Shown here one piece after another: positions 9,641-19,018 of a DNA stretch of 32,000 nucleotides. Position 1 is the first letter of the stretch. Every line of letters begins with the position of its first letter. The DNA lies in assembly GCF_000698785.1 (NCBI RefSeq), contig NZ_CP007536.1:2070001-2102000 (forward strand), written 5' to 3'. Both the position numbers and the translations under genes were made by a program. The stretch is from Nitrososphaera viennensis EN76. Lineage in GTDB: Archaea > Thermoproteota > Nitrososphaeria > Nitrososphaerales > Nitrososphaeraceae. The notes below the pieces were generated by a model that was given only the letters and a program-made list of their open reading frames with translations, ran no database searches and was not told the origin of the DNA.

Positions 9641-9898
9641 ATGAGGGAATCTCCAGAGAGCCTCATACTGCCATTCGAAACTGAAGAGCTCTACCCGACC
9701 ATCATTCTGGAACTTTGTGACAATTGCAAGTGGTCTTGTTCCTGTCTAAGCACAAAAGACACTATTGAATCATGCCCAGTGTGCAAGGCGGCCATCAGAT
9801 CCCATGTCCCAATGACGTCAGAAGAGGTCAGTCGCATCGAAATCGACAGCGAGCGCGGGATGATTCTACAGTTTAGCAGGCGAGCGCTGGTGCAATGA
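9641..9898 (+). CDS. Small Cys-rich (putative zinc-binding) protein
   Basis: 85 aa with CDNCKWSCSC ... CPVCK, a plausible treble-clef or zinc-ribbon arrangement. Confidence 0.35.
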   Translation: MRESPESLILPFETEELYPTIILELCDNCKWSCSCLSTKDTIESCPVCKAAIRSHVPMTSEEVSRIEIDSERGMILQFSRRALVQ

Positions 9899-10353
9899 TT
9901 TTCTAGCGCTGCAGACATAATAACACTCACAAAGTGTAAATCTCTACACACGCATCAGCCATAGTCTTGAGAAATAGTTGGCCCCGCCGATTATGACCAC
10001 AAATGGCTGGGTCCGGAAAAGGGGTTTACGGTGTCAAACGGGTGTTGCTTACGTCTGGCACCCGATGAAACTATCTACGATTGTGCTGACTACTACTACC
10101 ACCACCATTGCCTCGCCAGGCTTGCCATCCAAGTGGGGAACAACTTTGCTTAGAACCCCTCGTTTAATGTTCTTGGCGTGTTGCCTAGCATGCAGAGGTT
10201 GCTCTCTCTCCAGACTCTCTCTGTTCTGAAGGGTTGAAGCTTCCTAATGCCATTCCTGATAAACCCACACGTAGGATCAACCAACATTTTCCTTGTGCCT
10301 TACCTTTGGGTGTGTGTGTACATGTGCGAGGGTGTGGCTGGAGCGGGGGAATT

Positions 10354-10812
10354 CTATTGTGCCAAGAGAGGAAATTGCGACATGTACATTAGCTCGGGAT
10401 CTTCTCTTCTTGATTTCTCGTACATTTTCTTGCCAAGGTCCTTCAATGTTACTATGCCAGTCAGCCTGTTATCTACAACTATTGGCAGCCTCCGTATGTT
10501 GTATTTCGCCATTATTAGCGAGGCTTCAGAAACGTGCACTTCAGGTCCTACTGTGACAAGAGGTTGCGACATGACATCTGATGCCCGCACGTTTTTCGGA
10601 TCCTTGTATTCTGCCAGTACCTTTCTAACAATGTCTCTTTCTGTAATTATCCCAATGGGCTTGGCATCGTCATCGACTATTATTATTCCTCCTCTGCCCT
10701 TTTCTTTCATCTGAATTGCAATATCTTGGATGGATTTTGAGGGGCCAGCAGTGTCCAACGGGGGGCGCGTCATTATCGATTCTACTGTTGTGAGAGCGCT
10801 CTCTTTATCCAT
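10354..10812 (-). CDS. CBS-domain pair protein
   Basis: 152 aa with two CBS repeats (IMTRPP...GIITERDIVRKV and VMSQPLVTVGP...RRLPIVVDNRLTGIVTLKDL). Confidence 0.85.
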   Translation of the reverse strand: MDKESALTTVESIMTRPPLDTAGPSKSIQDIAIQMKEKGRGGIIIVDDDAKPIGIITERDIVRKVLAEYKDPKNVRASDVMSQPLVTVGPEVHVSEASLIMAKYNIRRLPIVVDNRLTGIVTLKDLGKKMYEKSRREDPELMYMSQFPLLAQ

Positions 10813-11026
10813 TCTGAATCATCCTTCTCTCCCAACTATCGAGAGATTCTCAGATGTTTTCATAACTAATATACGACTGTCTCTAATAAAAGAGAATACC
10901 TTTAGTTCTTTAACCTGACTGTCATTACACAAGACACGCAAGGCAAGTTGCTTCAGGTTAGCGTTTGGGCCGACGTACACACACTGCCCGCAATCCAATA
11001 AGCACTAAAAATAGCCGTTCTTCCTT

Positions 11027-11054
11027 TTTTCTCTTTTCTCTTTTCTCTTTTCTC
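11027..11054. repeat. Heptamer microsatellite (TTTTCTC)x4
   Basis: Four tandem TTTTCTC units read directly from the sequence, inside the 850-bp gap between the CBS and helicase genes. Confidence 0.6.
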
Positions 11055-11540
11055 TTTACAAATTTTCCTTGTAAAACGCAAGGCGCATCTAACCCCCGCT
11101 CGAAGGATTGTACGCTCCGCAAATCGAGTTTCCTTATCAATCATGCCGGCGAGAGGGAAAGGTTGTTACACCAATCAAGCGATAGCTAAGAGAACTAAAG
11201 ATGAAGCAAAGAGGAAGACCTTCTAAGGTTTGCATACTCTGAGAATATTTGCTATCAGATGATGGTACAGAGTGGCACCCACGCGACATATACATCCGCG
11301 CCTCCTTTATCCGCATATAGAGGTCCTGCTTCGGATGTCCAGTTCAGTCCAAGTCCTTCAAAAGCTATTTTTTCTTGTACTCTTCGATCAAAAACTGTAT
11401 AATATCCTCAAAGGAGGCACAAACCCAACCTTAAATTAGTTCCTTAATACCTGACGCGCCAACAATACTTGATGATGCCAGCTAGCGCAAGCCGTGTCCA
11501 AAACATGTGCGGGAGCGTTTCTTTTGAACGCATTTCATGC

Positions 11541-11560
11541 GGGGGGGGGGTGGTTGGGGG
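11541..11560 (+). repeat. G10 homopolymer followed by TGGTTGGGGG (G-quadruplex-prone tract)
   Basis: GGGGGGGGGGTGGTTGGGGG read directly from the sequence. It is followed by four TTATGCA(C) motifs at 11563, 11584, 11592 and 11615. Confidence 0.7.
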
Positions 11561-11659
11561 TTTTATGCACGGCCGTGCTCATTTTATGCATTTATGCACG
11601 CTCAAAATTTGGCCTTATGCACGCGCCTTGTATACGGCACATAAAACATGCGCAATATT

Positions 11660-14503
11660 CTAATCATTCCAAAAGCCGCGGGTGATCACGTACTGCTTTT
11701 CTGCCTCGTATATGCTGCGGTACACCTGGTCGTCGTCGATGTAGTTGCGCAGTATCCTTGCTGCCGTGTCGGCGCCGACGCCGTGGCCCGCAAGGACGAC
11801 CAGCGCCTTCCTCCCAAAGTTGTTGACAAGCGACGCCACCTTCCACGCACGCTCAAACCGGTGGTTCTCCTCCTCTGACAGCTTGCCGCCTGCAAGCCTG
11901 CGCTGGATTATCTTTGACATGTCATAGTCCGACCAGAAAGTGGCAGTCACCAGCTTTGACCTGCACGACGGGCACGCTATTTCCTCCGGCGCCTTCCTTG
12001 TCTCCATCACGCGCTCCCATTTCCCGCACCGGATGCAGACGAGCCTGTGCTTTGTCTTTTCCAGCCTTTCCTTCACGAGCTCTATCGCCCCCTTTTCGAT
12101 GCTCTGGGGAGCCGCGGCAGATTTTGCAGAGTGCTCCATTATCGGCCTTGCAAGGTCCGAGAATTTCGTGACTTCAAGCCAGTGCATCTTTATTGAGCCC
12201 TCCTTGATGTCTGCAAGGACTTTTCTTGTCTGCTCGATGTCGTACTTGTCGTGGATGAGCTCCCTTATCGACTCGGAGCTGACAGGCGTCTTTGAATAGC
12301 GGTCATAGATCATGCGCGCCGCCTTTTTGTCATAGACTGCCTCCCTTGCAATCATCCCAAACCTCTTGGCGACCATCCACACCTTCCAGTTTATCTGGTG
12401 CGTGCCGGCAAGCGACGCGATTATGACCGGCTCCAGGTCGTAGACGTCGTTTAGCGCAGCTTCAATCCTGCCCTTTGCCATCCTTGCGCTTGACGTGAGC
12501 ATGATGCGGTATGCGTCAGAGCGCGACTCTACCACGTAGCCCAGCTGCGACGAAAGTATCGTGGAAAGCAGGGACGCAAGGGTGTTGTTCACCTTCGACC
12601 CAAAGGCCGAGTGCATCACGAGCATGTTCCTTGCAGTGAAACTTTCGACCACGACGTTTTTTGCGTCCGGGATGACGCCAAGCTGCTGCCTGGCATTTTC
12701 TATGAGGTCGGTCGACAGTTTTACGACTCCTTTTGCCGCCCTGTTGCGGATGCCGCCGACCTCCTCTGCCGTCCTTGCGTCGACCGGTATCATCTCGCCG
12801 ACCCAGTACGGTATGTTTATCGCCGCGCCGTGCAACGGCTCGACGTTGACGACCATCCTGCCCTCGTCCACCGAAAGCACGCGCCACTGCGAGCCCTTTA
12901 GCACAAAGACGTTGCCGCGCTCGCCATAGTCTCCTACAAACTGCTGGTCTAGAGTCCCTATCCTGCGCTTGCTTATCGTGTCGATGACCTCGAACTTTAA
13001 GACGTGGGGTATCATCGAGAGGTTCTCAAAGTAGTACTTGTACGCCTTGACTTTTCGCGTGTACGTGCGGTTTTCCCTGTCGAATTTTATCACGTTGTGG
13101 CCGGCAAGGATGTCAAGGCAGCTTTCAAGGTCAAAGAGGCTGACGTTCCGGAACGGGTGCGCCCGGGTCACAAGCTCGTACGCGTCTTCCACCTTGACGG
13201 GGTCGCGCTTCTGCATCGCAAGGCCGACTAGGTGGTGCGCCATCGCGTCAAGCGCGCCCTCGTGCATCTTTTGCTCCTCCATCGAGCCCTGCTTCATGCG
13301 GTTGATTATTGCAAGCGCCTCTATCTCGTCGTCGGCGTTGTTCGTGACTATCAGACCCTTGGCAAAGGTGCGCTGCTTGTGCCTGCTGCGCCCTATCCTC
13401 TGCATCAGTTTTGAAACCTGCCTTGGCGAGCCGTAGTGTATCACAAGGTCGACAGAGCCTATGTCAAGGCCAAGCTCCAGAGAGCTCGTGCACACCACTA
13501 TCCCTGCCTCGCCTGCGCGCAGCGTATGCTCTGTTTCTTCGCGCATCTCCTTTGACAGCGAGCCGTGGTGGATGTCCACCTTGACATCAGACTGGTTTTT
13601 CAGCATCGTGCCCAGGTACTCTGCCTCGTCGCGGGTGTTTGTAAACAGAAGGACAGAGCCTTCCACCCTGCTTTCCTTCACGTACTGGACCACGAAATGG
13701 GCGACGTTGTTGAGCGAGCCCTTTACATATTTCACGTCAATGTCATAGCCCCTTGCCGAGCCGTCCACCAGCACCGCGTGTTTCCTGCCTGCGCCTGACA
13801 CAAACTGCGCGGCCTCCTTCAGGTTTCCTACGGTGGCAGAAAGCCCTATCCTCGAAACCTGCCTCTGCGACACGGCCTGCAGCCGCTCCAAAGATATTGA
13901 CAGGTGCGACCCGCGCTCGGAAGGCACGAGCTCGTGCACCTCGTCGATGATGACGTATTCAAGCCCCTTAAGGGCGGCAAGCATCTTGTCGCTTGTCAGG
14001 ACCACTGCAAGCGACTCGGGCGTGGTTATCAGGACGTCGGGCGGGTTGTCCACTATTTTCTTTTTTGCCGCCGCCGTGGTGTCGCCGTGCCGTATCTCCA
14101 CCCGCAGGCCGTCTGACTCTGCGTATTTCACGATCCTGCGGAGCACGTCGTTGTTGAGGGCGCGCAGCGGCGTTATGTACATCGCCCTGATTGTGCCCTT
14201 CTCGCCCTTTGCGTGCGACAGCATCGAAAACACGGGCATAACCGCCGCCTCGGTCTTGCCTGAGCCGGTGGGCGCAACCAGCAGGCAGTTTATCTTTCTG
14301 GAAATGACTGGGAGCGCCTTTTTCTGGATCGCGGTTAGCTCTGTAAAGCCTTCCCTGGAAAACTTGGCGTGGATTACCTGGTCAAGAGCTGCTACTGCTA
14401 CTACGCTTGTCGTCGGCATCTGCAGCTGCGCGCTGCTGCTGTTGCTGCTTGGACTTGCTGCTTGATTTTTCATAAACCATGACTGCGAAAAGCCCGACCA
14501 CAA
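11660..14503 (-). CDS. lhr: Lhr-type superfamily-2 ATP-dependent helicase
   Basis: 947 aa. Walker A APTGSGKTEAA, DEVH box (IIDEVHEL), LSATV, motif VI QRIGRSRH, and a C-terminal CIRCG...CPSCRS zinc ribbon. The true start may be an internal Met (for example the codon at 14417-14419). Confidence 0.9.
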   Translation of the reverse strand: MWSGFSQSWFMKNQAASPSSNSSSAQLQMPTTSVVAVAALDQVIHAKFSREGFTELTAIQKKALPVISRKINCLLVAPTGSGKTEAAVMPVFSMLSHAKGEKGTIRAMYITPLRALNNDVLRRIVKYAESDGLRVEIRHGDTTAAAKKKIVDNPPDVLITTPESLAVVLTSDKMLAALKGLEYVIIDEVHELVPSERGSHLSISLERLQAVSQRQVSRIGLSATVGNLKEAAQFVSGAGRKHAVLVDGSARGYDIDVKYVKGSLNNVAHFVVQYVKESRVEGSVLLFTNTRDEAEYLGTMLKNQSDVKVDIHHGSLSKEMREETEHTLRAGEAGIVVCTSSLELGLDIGSVDLVIHYGSPRQVSKLMQRIGRSRHKQRTFAKGLIVTNNADDEIEALAIINRMKQGSMEEQKMHEGALDAMAHHLVGLAMQKRDPVKVEDAYELVTRAHPFRNVSLFDLESCLDILAGHNVIKFDRENRTYTRKVKAYKYYFENLSMIPHVLKFEVIDTISKRRIGTLDQQFVGDYGERGNVFVLKGSQWRVLSVDEGRMVVNVEPLHGAAINIPYWVGEMIPVDARTAEEVGGIRNRAAKGVVKLSTDLIENARQQLGVIPDAKNVVVESFTARNMLVMHSAFGSKVNNTLASLLSTILSSQLGYVVESRSDAYRIMLTSSARMAKGRIEAALNDVYDLEPVIIASLAGTHQINWKVWMVAKRFGMIAREAVYDKKAARMIYDRYSKTPVSSESIRELIHDKYDIEQTRKVLADIKEGSIKMHWLEVTKFSDLARPIMEHSAKSAAAPQSIEKGAIELVKERLEKTKHRLVCIRCGKWERVMETRKAPEEIACPSCRSKLVTATFWSDYDMSKIIQRRLAGGKLSEEENHRFERAWKVASLVNNFGRKALVVLAGHGVGADTAARILRNYIDDDQVYRSIYEAEKQYVITRGFWND

Positions 14504-14605
14504 ATAGCCCTATGGCGACGCCGACGTAGGGATCGAAATTTGCAATCGCTTCGCCCACCATCCCTATCAACTTTGACGTGCATCAATAAATACATTCGTT
14601 TTGTC

Positions 14606-14663
14606 CGGAAAAAAGGGAAAAGAAGGAAGGAGGCCCGTCCGGGGACCCGGACAGGGCTTTTTT
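14606..14663 (-). terminator. Hairpin with flanking T-rich tracts downstream of the 571-aa gene
   Basis: GCCCGTCCGG (14633-14642) / CCGGACAGGGC (14647-14657) form a stem. T6 follows on the plus strand (14658-14663). A pyrimidine/T-rich run follows on the minus strand (complement of 14606-14630). Confidence 0.4.
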
Positions 14664-16377
14664 ATGCAAGCGCCTGCTCTGCCTGTTCGATCTTGTCGAG
14701 TATGGTGGCGACGTGGGCGTTGAGCTGGTCAGCCGGGACCTTGTCGCGTATCAATTCCCTCAGCTGGACCCTCATCAACTGCTCGATCTCTTCCATGAGC
14801 TCTCTCTGGCCTGCGTCAGCGAGCGGGCCCTCGACGTGCTCAAAGTTGTCCAGGTACGCCTCTACCGCAAGGCTGTCTGCCTTGGCATAGTTGCCTGCCG
14901 CGTATTCTTGCTTGAGCTCGCCCATCAAGGCCTCGATCTTGGCGATAAACTCTGCAGAGGTCGGCTCGTGGTGCCCTGCCTGCGCCTTGATGCCTGCGCC
15001 TTCCTGGATCTCGTGGATGGCTCCCTGCACGAGGGTGTTGATTGCCGCCGGCTCTTGCGCGTTTCTCATGCCTGCCTTGAGGTCTGCAAAGATCTCCTTT
15101 GCTTCCTGCGCCTCGTGCGCCGGAATCTGGGCCTGGAATGTCCTGAACAGGACGTTTGCCCTGGCCGCAAATGCCTCTGCGTCCTGGTACTCTACCATCT
15201 GGGCAATCTTGCCGCCCTGGATGGCCTCTGCATACTCTTCCTGCACGGTGGACAGGAGCGAGTTGGCCACCGCCGCCCTGAACTTAAAGTCTGCCCATGT
15301 TTCTTTAGTGACGACGTCTGACGTTGCCATGTTGAGCAGCCTTGTTACCTTGACCACCTGCATCCTCGTCTCGTCCGCAGACATGCTCTTGATCTTGGCC
15401 GCAAAGTCTGTCAGGGCTGTTTCCAAGCTGCCGTCAAGGGCCTGGTTGTGCTCGCTGACCTCCGTCTTTAGCAGCGCATAGTGCTCTGCTATCGGGTGGC
15501 CTGCGTGCGCGGCCGCAAGCTCGTAATTGTTGTTCACGACGTTCTTGATCGCCTGGGACATGTGGCCCTTTATCATCTCGACGTTGGCCGCAAAACTGGC
15601 CTTCTCAGAGTCGACGGCCGTGCCGCCAAGCTCGAACGCCTCCTCGAACCCGTGGTTGATGCCGCCTACTACGGTCTCTACCTGCTCAGGGTCCGCCTTT
15701 GCCGCCGTCAGCTCGTTCAGGTTGCCAAAGAACTCCTCGACTTCCTCCGCCTCGTGCGCCGGCATGCTTGCCTTGATGCCGCCAAAGATCACCTCCGCCC
15801 TGTGGATGAAGGCGTTTGCGTCCTGGTATTCTATCATCAGAGTGATGGTGCCGTTTGACACGCCTTCCTTGTATTCCTCTACAGAAGTGTTAAGCAGGCT
15901 CATCGCAACCTGAGCCCACAGGGCCGTGTTGTTGCTGCTGCTTTCCTGGCCGACCACCTTGGTCACTGCGCTGTCCAGGCTGGTGTTGATGTCTGCCACC
16001 TTGGCCTCGACGTCCGTTGCAGTCATGTTCTCTATCTGCCCAAAGAGCGCGTTCAGGTCGCCTTCAAGCTTGGTGTTGAGGGCCGCATCGTCTCCCTGTA
16101 TGTCTGCCCTGACGAGGGTATAGACCTCTTCCACCGGGTGGCCCGCGTGGGCCGTTGCCAGAGTGTTGTTGCCTGCTTTCTTGTTCTCTATGGCCTTTTC
16201 AAGATGGCCGCGGATATACTCGATGTTGGTAATGAAATCCACCGGATCGTCTGTATGGGCAAATGCTCTTGTCGTCGTCATAGCCGGTCCTGCGACGGTA
16301 GCTATTGAACCTGCAAGCATTGCCAGAAGAACCAGTGGCACAACCTTTCCTACCTTTACGTATGCCATGCCGGGCAA
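14662..16377 (-). CDS. Secreted or membrane-anchored all-helical protein with a tandemly duplicated ~205-aa His-motif domain (putative metal-binding)
   Basis: 571 aa with an N-terminal hydrophobic signal and an AFA-H site. Two homologous halves each carry GH(L/M), AHAGHP, EYQDA.AF and PAHEA.E motifs, followed by a third C-terminal helical module. A TATA-like TTTATAA (complement of 16393-16399) suggests a leaderless start at the second Met (codon 16366-16368). Confidence 0.85.
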   Translation of the reverse strand: MPGMAYVKVGKVVPLVLLAMLAGSIATVAGPAMTTTRAFAHTDDPVDFITNIEYIRGHLEKAIENKKAGNNTLATAHAGHPVEEVYTLVRADIQGDDAALNTKLEGDLNALFGQIENMTATDVEAKVADINTSLDSAVTKVVGQESSSNNTALWAQVAMSLLNTSVEEYKEGVSNGTITLMIEYQDANAFIHRAEVIFGGIKASMPAHEAEEVEEFFGNLNELTAAKADPEQVETVVGGINHGFEEAFELGGTAVDSEKASFAANVEMIKGHMSQAIKNVVNNNYELAAAHAGHPIAEHYALLKTEVSEHNQALDGSLETALTDFAAKIKSMSADETRMQVVKVTRLLNMATSDVVTKETWADFKFRAAVANSLLSTVQEEYAEAIQGGKIAQMVEYQDAEAFAARANVLFRTFQAQIPAHEAQEAKEIFADLKAGMRNAQEPAAINTLVQGAIHEIQEGAGIKAQAGHHEPTSAEFIAKIEALMGELKQEYAAGNYAKADSLAVEAYLDNFEHVEGPLADAGQRELMEEIEQLMRVQLRELIRDKVPADQLNAHVATILDKIEQAEQALA

Positions 16378-16615
16378 GCTTTTCTGGAGCGCTTATAAAC
16401 CAAGTCGCGATTTTCGGCATTGAGAATAGGCAGACGTTATGAGACTTTTTTCCGTAAAAGGCATCTATGATGCTGCTTTTGCAAAAGTTTGGCAGTTATC
16501 CAGCTACCGTACTATAAATCAACATTTGATTCTCTGGCGAGAGTCTCCCGATTGATAATCAGCATGGAAAAACCTTCATACCTTAAAATCCAGAGAAATT
16601 TTACAAGCAGACCTT

Positions 16616-17200
16616 GTGTTAAAATCTGAAACATTAACCGCAACCAGGTCAATGCTCATACTGACGGTTTTTGGAACCGTAGTCGTATCGCTGGGCATAA
16701 TGGTGCTTGGCCAGCTTGTGGACAAAAAGCTGGAAAGCGTCATGATACTGCACGACTACTTTACGGTCTTTGCCGTAATGTCTGGCGCAGGTTTCATCGG
16801 GCTTTTGGCCTTCAGCAGCGAGAGGCAGCAAGGAGCCGTCAACATGCTCAAGATCCTCTCCATAGCAGCGGCAGCTTCGGTGTTTCTTATAGACCTGACA
16901 GGGACGATAGGATACATCGAGTACAGGCTGCCTGATCCAGACAGCGCCAAGTCAAAGATAAGGCAAACCTTCCCGTTTGCCCACGAGCCGATGTTTGAAT
17001 CGATGGAGTACATGGGGCTTCTGGGCCCGATGTGGGCAGGGCTCATCGCGTACCTTGCATGGCACTACAACGACCGGATGTTCACAGACAGGGCTGTCAA
17101 GAGTGTGCTGATGGTAATGATCTCGCTTGCAATAATGTATGCTCTTTTCATTTCGCTCATGGGCATAGTCCCGACCAAGATCGCGTCGGTGCAGGGGTGA
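16616..17200 (+). CDS. Integral membrane protein, unknown function
   Basis: 194 aa with about 5 hydrophobic helices. GTG start, with ATG at 16652 as an alternative. Confidence 0.6.
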   Translation: MLKSETLTATRSMLILTVFGTVVVSLGIMVLGQLVDKKLESVMILHDYFTVFAVMSGAGFIGLLAFSSERQQGAVNMLKILSIAAAASVFLIDLTGTIGYIEYRLPDPDSAKSKIRQTFPFAHEPMFESMEYMGLLGPMWAGLIAYLAWHYNDRMFTDRAVKSVLMVMISLAIMYALFISLMGIVPTKIASVQG

Positions 17201-17210
17201 AGAAGAACAA

Positions 17211-17555
17211 ATGACGACAACAACAACACGCATCGGCATGTCTGTGGCAGTTTCGGGCAAGGTCGCCGCGGCGTTTCTCTCTGCCTCGGTAGCGATGGTG
17301 GTGATGGGCGTGCTCACATTTGTCCGCAAGGACCAGCAATGGCTTGTCCCGTATGGGCCGGCGGCGCAATATGGGGGCATATTCATGTACAGCGAGATAA
17401 CGTGGGCCGTGCTGTGGGTGGGCCTGTACATTGCAATGCGCAACAAAGAACGCGTCGGCACCATGAAGCTGTGGCTGGCGCTCTTTCTGGTATCGCTTGC
17501 TGTGGCAACAGGGCTTGCGGAATCAAGCCTCAAGTGGTTCCCGCTTCCGTGGTGA
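17211..17555 (+). CDS. Integral membrane protein, unknown function
   Basis: 114 aa with 3-4 hydrophobic helices. It starts 10 nt after the previous stop, so an operon is likely. Confidence 0.6.
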   Translation: MTTTTTRIGMSVAVSGKVAAAFLSASVAMVVMGVLTFVRKDQQWLVPYGPAAQYGGIFMYSEITWAVLWVGLYIAMRNKERVGTMKLWLALFLVSLAVATGLAESSLKWFPLPW

Positions 17556-17699
17556 CGCGCGTGTCCTCCCTCCCCTCTTTTTACAGGGGCAGCATCGCAA
17601 AAACAGCATATAGGCAACGGCCGCTGCGAACGCTATGGCGATTGCAGCCCTTGCCTTGAGGCTGACGTACAATAGAAAAATAATGAAAAATATAGTGGG

Positions 17700-18074
17700 C
17701 TAAAAAGTTGCCTGCTGCTTCATCGCGTTTACCAGAGCCGACATGTGGATGTCGTTCTTTTCAAACTGGAGGAGTATCTGGTCGCGGGAAAGGTTGAACT
17801 CCATCGACTTTATCCTGCTCCTGTAATAGACGACCTTCTTGCCCTTGCCGTCCAGCTCTATCTTCTCGATAAAGAGTATGCCCACGTCCTGCAGCTTCTT
17901 TATCTTTTTGTACGTCGAGCTGAGCGGGAGGTTGTTTTCGACGGACACCTGCGCGGCCGTCTTGGGCGTGTCTATGGTGGACATTATCAACCTGTACGAG
18001 ATGCCGTCAACAAGCTCCTGGAGGAGGGGCATCGCGGTGGCATGGCTGTCAAACGTGAGCGCGTTCATCGTCAA
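17700..18074 (-). CDS. ArsR/winged-HTH family transcription regulator
   Basis: 124 aa. ISYRLIMSTIDTPKTAAQVSVENNLPLSSTYKKIKKLQDVGIL is a typical wHTH followed by a beta wing (KGKKVVYY). The likely true start is ATG at 18066-18068. Confidence 0.7.
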   Translation of the reverse strand: MTMNALTFDSHATAMPLLQELVDGISYRLIMSTIDTPKTAAQVSVENNLPLSSTYKKIKKLQDVGILFIEKIELDGKGKKVVYYRSRIKSMEFNLSRDQILLQFEKNDIHMSALVNAMKQQATF

Positions 18075-18111
18075 TTAGGCAGGCCTAATTAGGTAAGCCT
18101 AAGTATTTAAA
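18073..18111 (-). promoter_or_regulatory. Promoter region of the wHTH gene: TATA-like box plus palindromic operator candidate
   Basis: TATTTAAA at 18104-18111 lies about 35-40 nt from the start codon. A perfect inverted repeat AATTAGGC-AG-GCCTAATT at 18073-18090 lies between the TATA box and the start. Confidence 0.4.
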
Positions 18112-18190
18112 CAGTCTTGCGGGGTTCTGTTACGTTCTCGTGGGTTGTGCGCGTGTACGGGTCGTGTTAACTTTCGTGGGCTCACAAAAA

Positions 18191-18610
18191 TCAATACGCG
18201 TTGTTTTCCTTCCAGATTCTAACGCGCCACCATGCAACATAAACAGGTGCGCTAATAATCAGCCAAAGCAAATACACTAGATTGCTGTTAGCCGACCCTA
18301 TTACCGTCAACACTAGCGCGAGCGAGCCGTATCCTTTAGCACCGAAAAGTTGTTTGAGGTTTTGGTGTTCAGGCACAAGTGCTACAATGATTGAAAGAAG
18401 CAAGTACATGCCAAGGAATCCCGCCCATTCCGCAAGTTCGATAGTGGCAAGCATGACAATATACGGAACTACATTGAAGATGATCGTCCATCTGCTAACA
18501 AACCACGATTCGACAATGATGCCCCAAAAGATAGTGAAAATCGCTACCAGTATAGCGCCTTGCGTCGGGTCAAGAATGGGCACTGTAATTTGTTCTAGAA
18601 AACTTGTCAA
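18191..18610 (-). CDS. Integral membrane protein (about 4 TM), passenger of element A
   Basis: 139 aa and strongly hydrophobic. The stop lies 9 nt inside the left subterminal repeat. Confidence 0.6.
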   Translation of the reverse strand: MTSFLEQITVPILDPTQGAILVAIFTIFWGIIVESWFVSRWTIIFNVVPYIVMLATIELAEWAGFLGMYLLLSIIVALVPEHQNLKQLFGAKGYGSLALVLTVIGSANSNLVYLLWLIISAPVYVAWWRVRIWKENNAY

Positions 18611-18819
18611 TTAGCGCACTAGATAAGTTTGATGTTGATATGGAGATATTCCTGAACAAGCACATTCTAAGAATGAGCGCTGAGGATAATCTAAGGTCAA
18701 CCATCAAACTATTCGGCAAGTACAAACCGCATTGCGTGCCTTACATTCTAAAGAAATTCAGGAAAAGAAAATGCGATTGCTGCAATGGCACTGGTTTTCT
18801 TGATGATCACTCATCTTGA
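18604..18819 (+). CDS. Possible small protein with a single DnaJ-type CxxCxGxG motif
   Basis: 71-aa ORF (TTG start, internal ATG possible) ending in KCDCCNGTGFLDD. It overlaps neighbouring ORFs at both ends. Confidence 0.25.
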   Translation: MSISALDKFDVDMEIFLNKHILRMSAEDNLRSTIKLFGKYKPHCVPYILKKFRKRKCDCCNGTGFLDDHSS

Positions 18820-18992
18820 GTAGCAGTACCTGCCTCAATCTCAATATGTTTGTTCTTGACGATAAACTTGATTGTTTCAGGTTGTCCGAGAGCGTCATAC
18901 ACGGGTTTAGGGATAGAACTCTGTGCTCCGCGTCCTTCGCTAAAGTTAACCCCCACTTCAAATTCAGTAGCGTCTTTCTTCCACTTGGGCAT
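18807..18992 (-). CDS. AbrB/SpoVT-like small DNA-binding protein (candidate element regulator)
   Basis: 61 aa. SSIPKPVYDALGQPETIKFIVKNKHIEIE fits the swapped-hairpin AbrB pattern (xIPkxxxxxLG...). It is divergent from the transposase across the operator-like array. Confidence 0.5.
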   Translation of the reverse strand: MPKWKKDATEFEVGVNFSEGRGAQSSIPKPVYDALGQPETIKFIVKNKHIEIEAGTATQDE

Positions 18993-19018
18993 TACTCACC
19001 ATCCACCTTACAAAGCGG

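Noticed and set aside
9900-10350. A ~450-bp stretch with only a weak 83-aa ORF (poly-Thr run) and no minus-strand ORF, so possibly an RNA or a pseudogene.
   Set aside because: I could find no convincing secondary structure, repeat or coding signal by eye.
14382-14570. 62-aa ORF with one TM-like helix followed by a poly-Q/S tail, overlapping the helicase 5' end.
   Set aside because: It could be real if the helicase starts at an internal Met. The low-complexity tail and the overlap mean I cannot support it.
11664-16423. Many 60-210-aa ORFs antisense to, or out of frame with, the helicase and the 571-aa gene.
   Set aside because: Their Arg/Pro/Ala/Ser-rich composition is typical of GC-rich shadow ORFs, and they are fully nested in long, motif-supported genes.
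16952-17617. 221-aa minus-strand ORF opposite the two membrane-protein genes.
   Set aside because: It has a His/Arg/Cys/Pro-rich, unprotein-like composition. It is antisense to two ORFs with clean TM-helix patterns and operon spacing.
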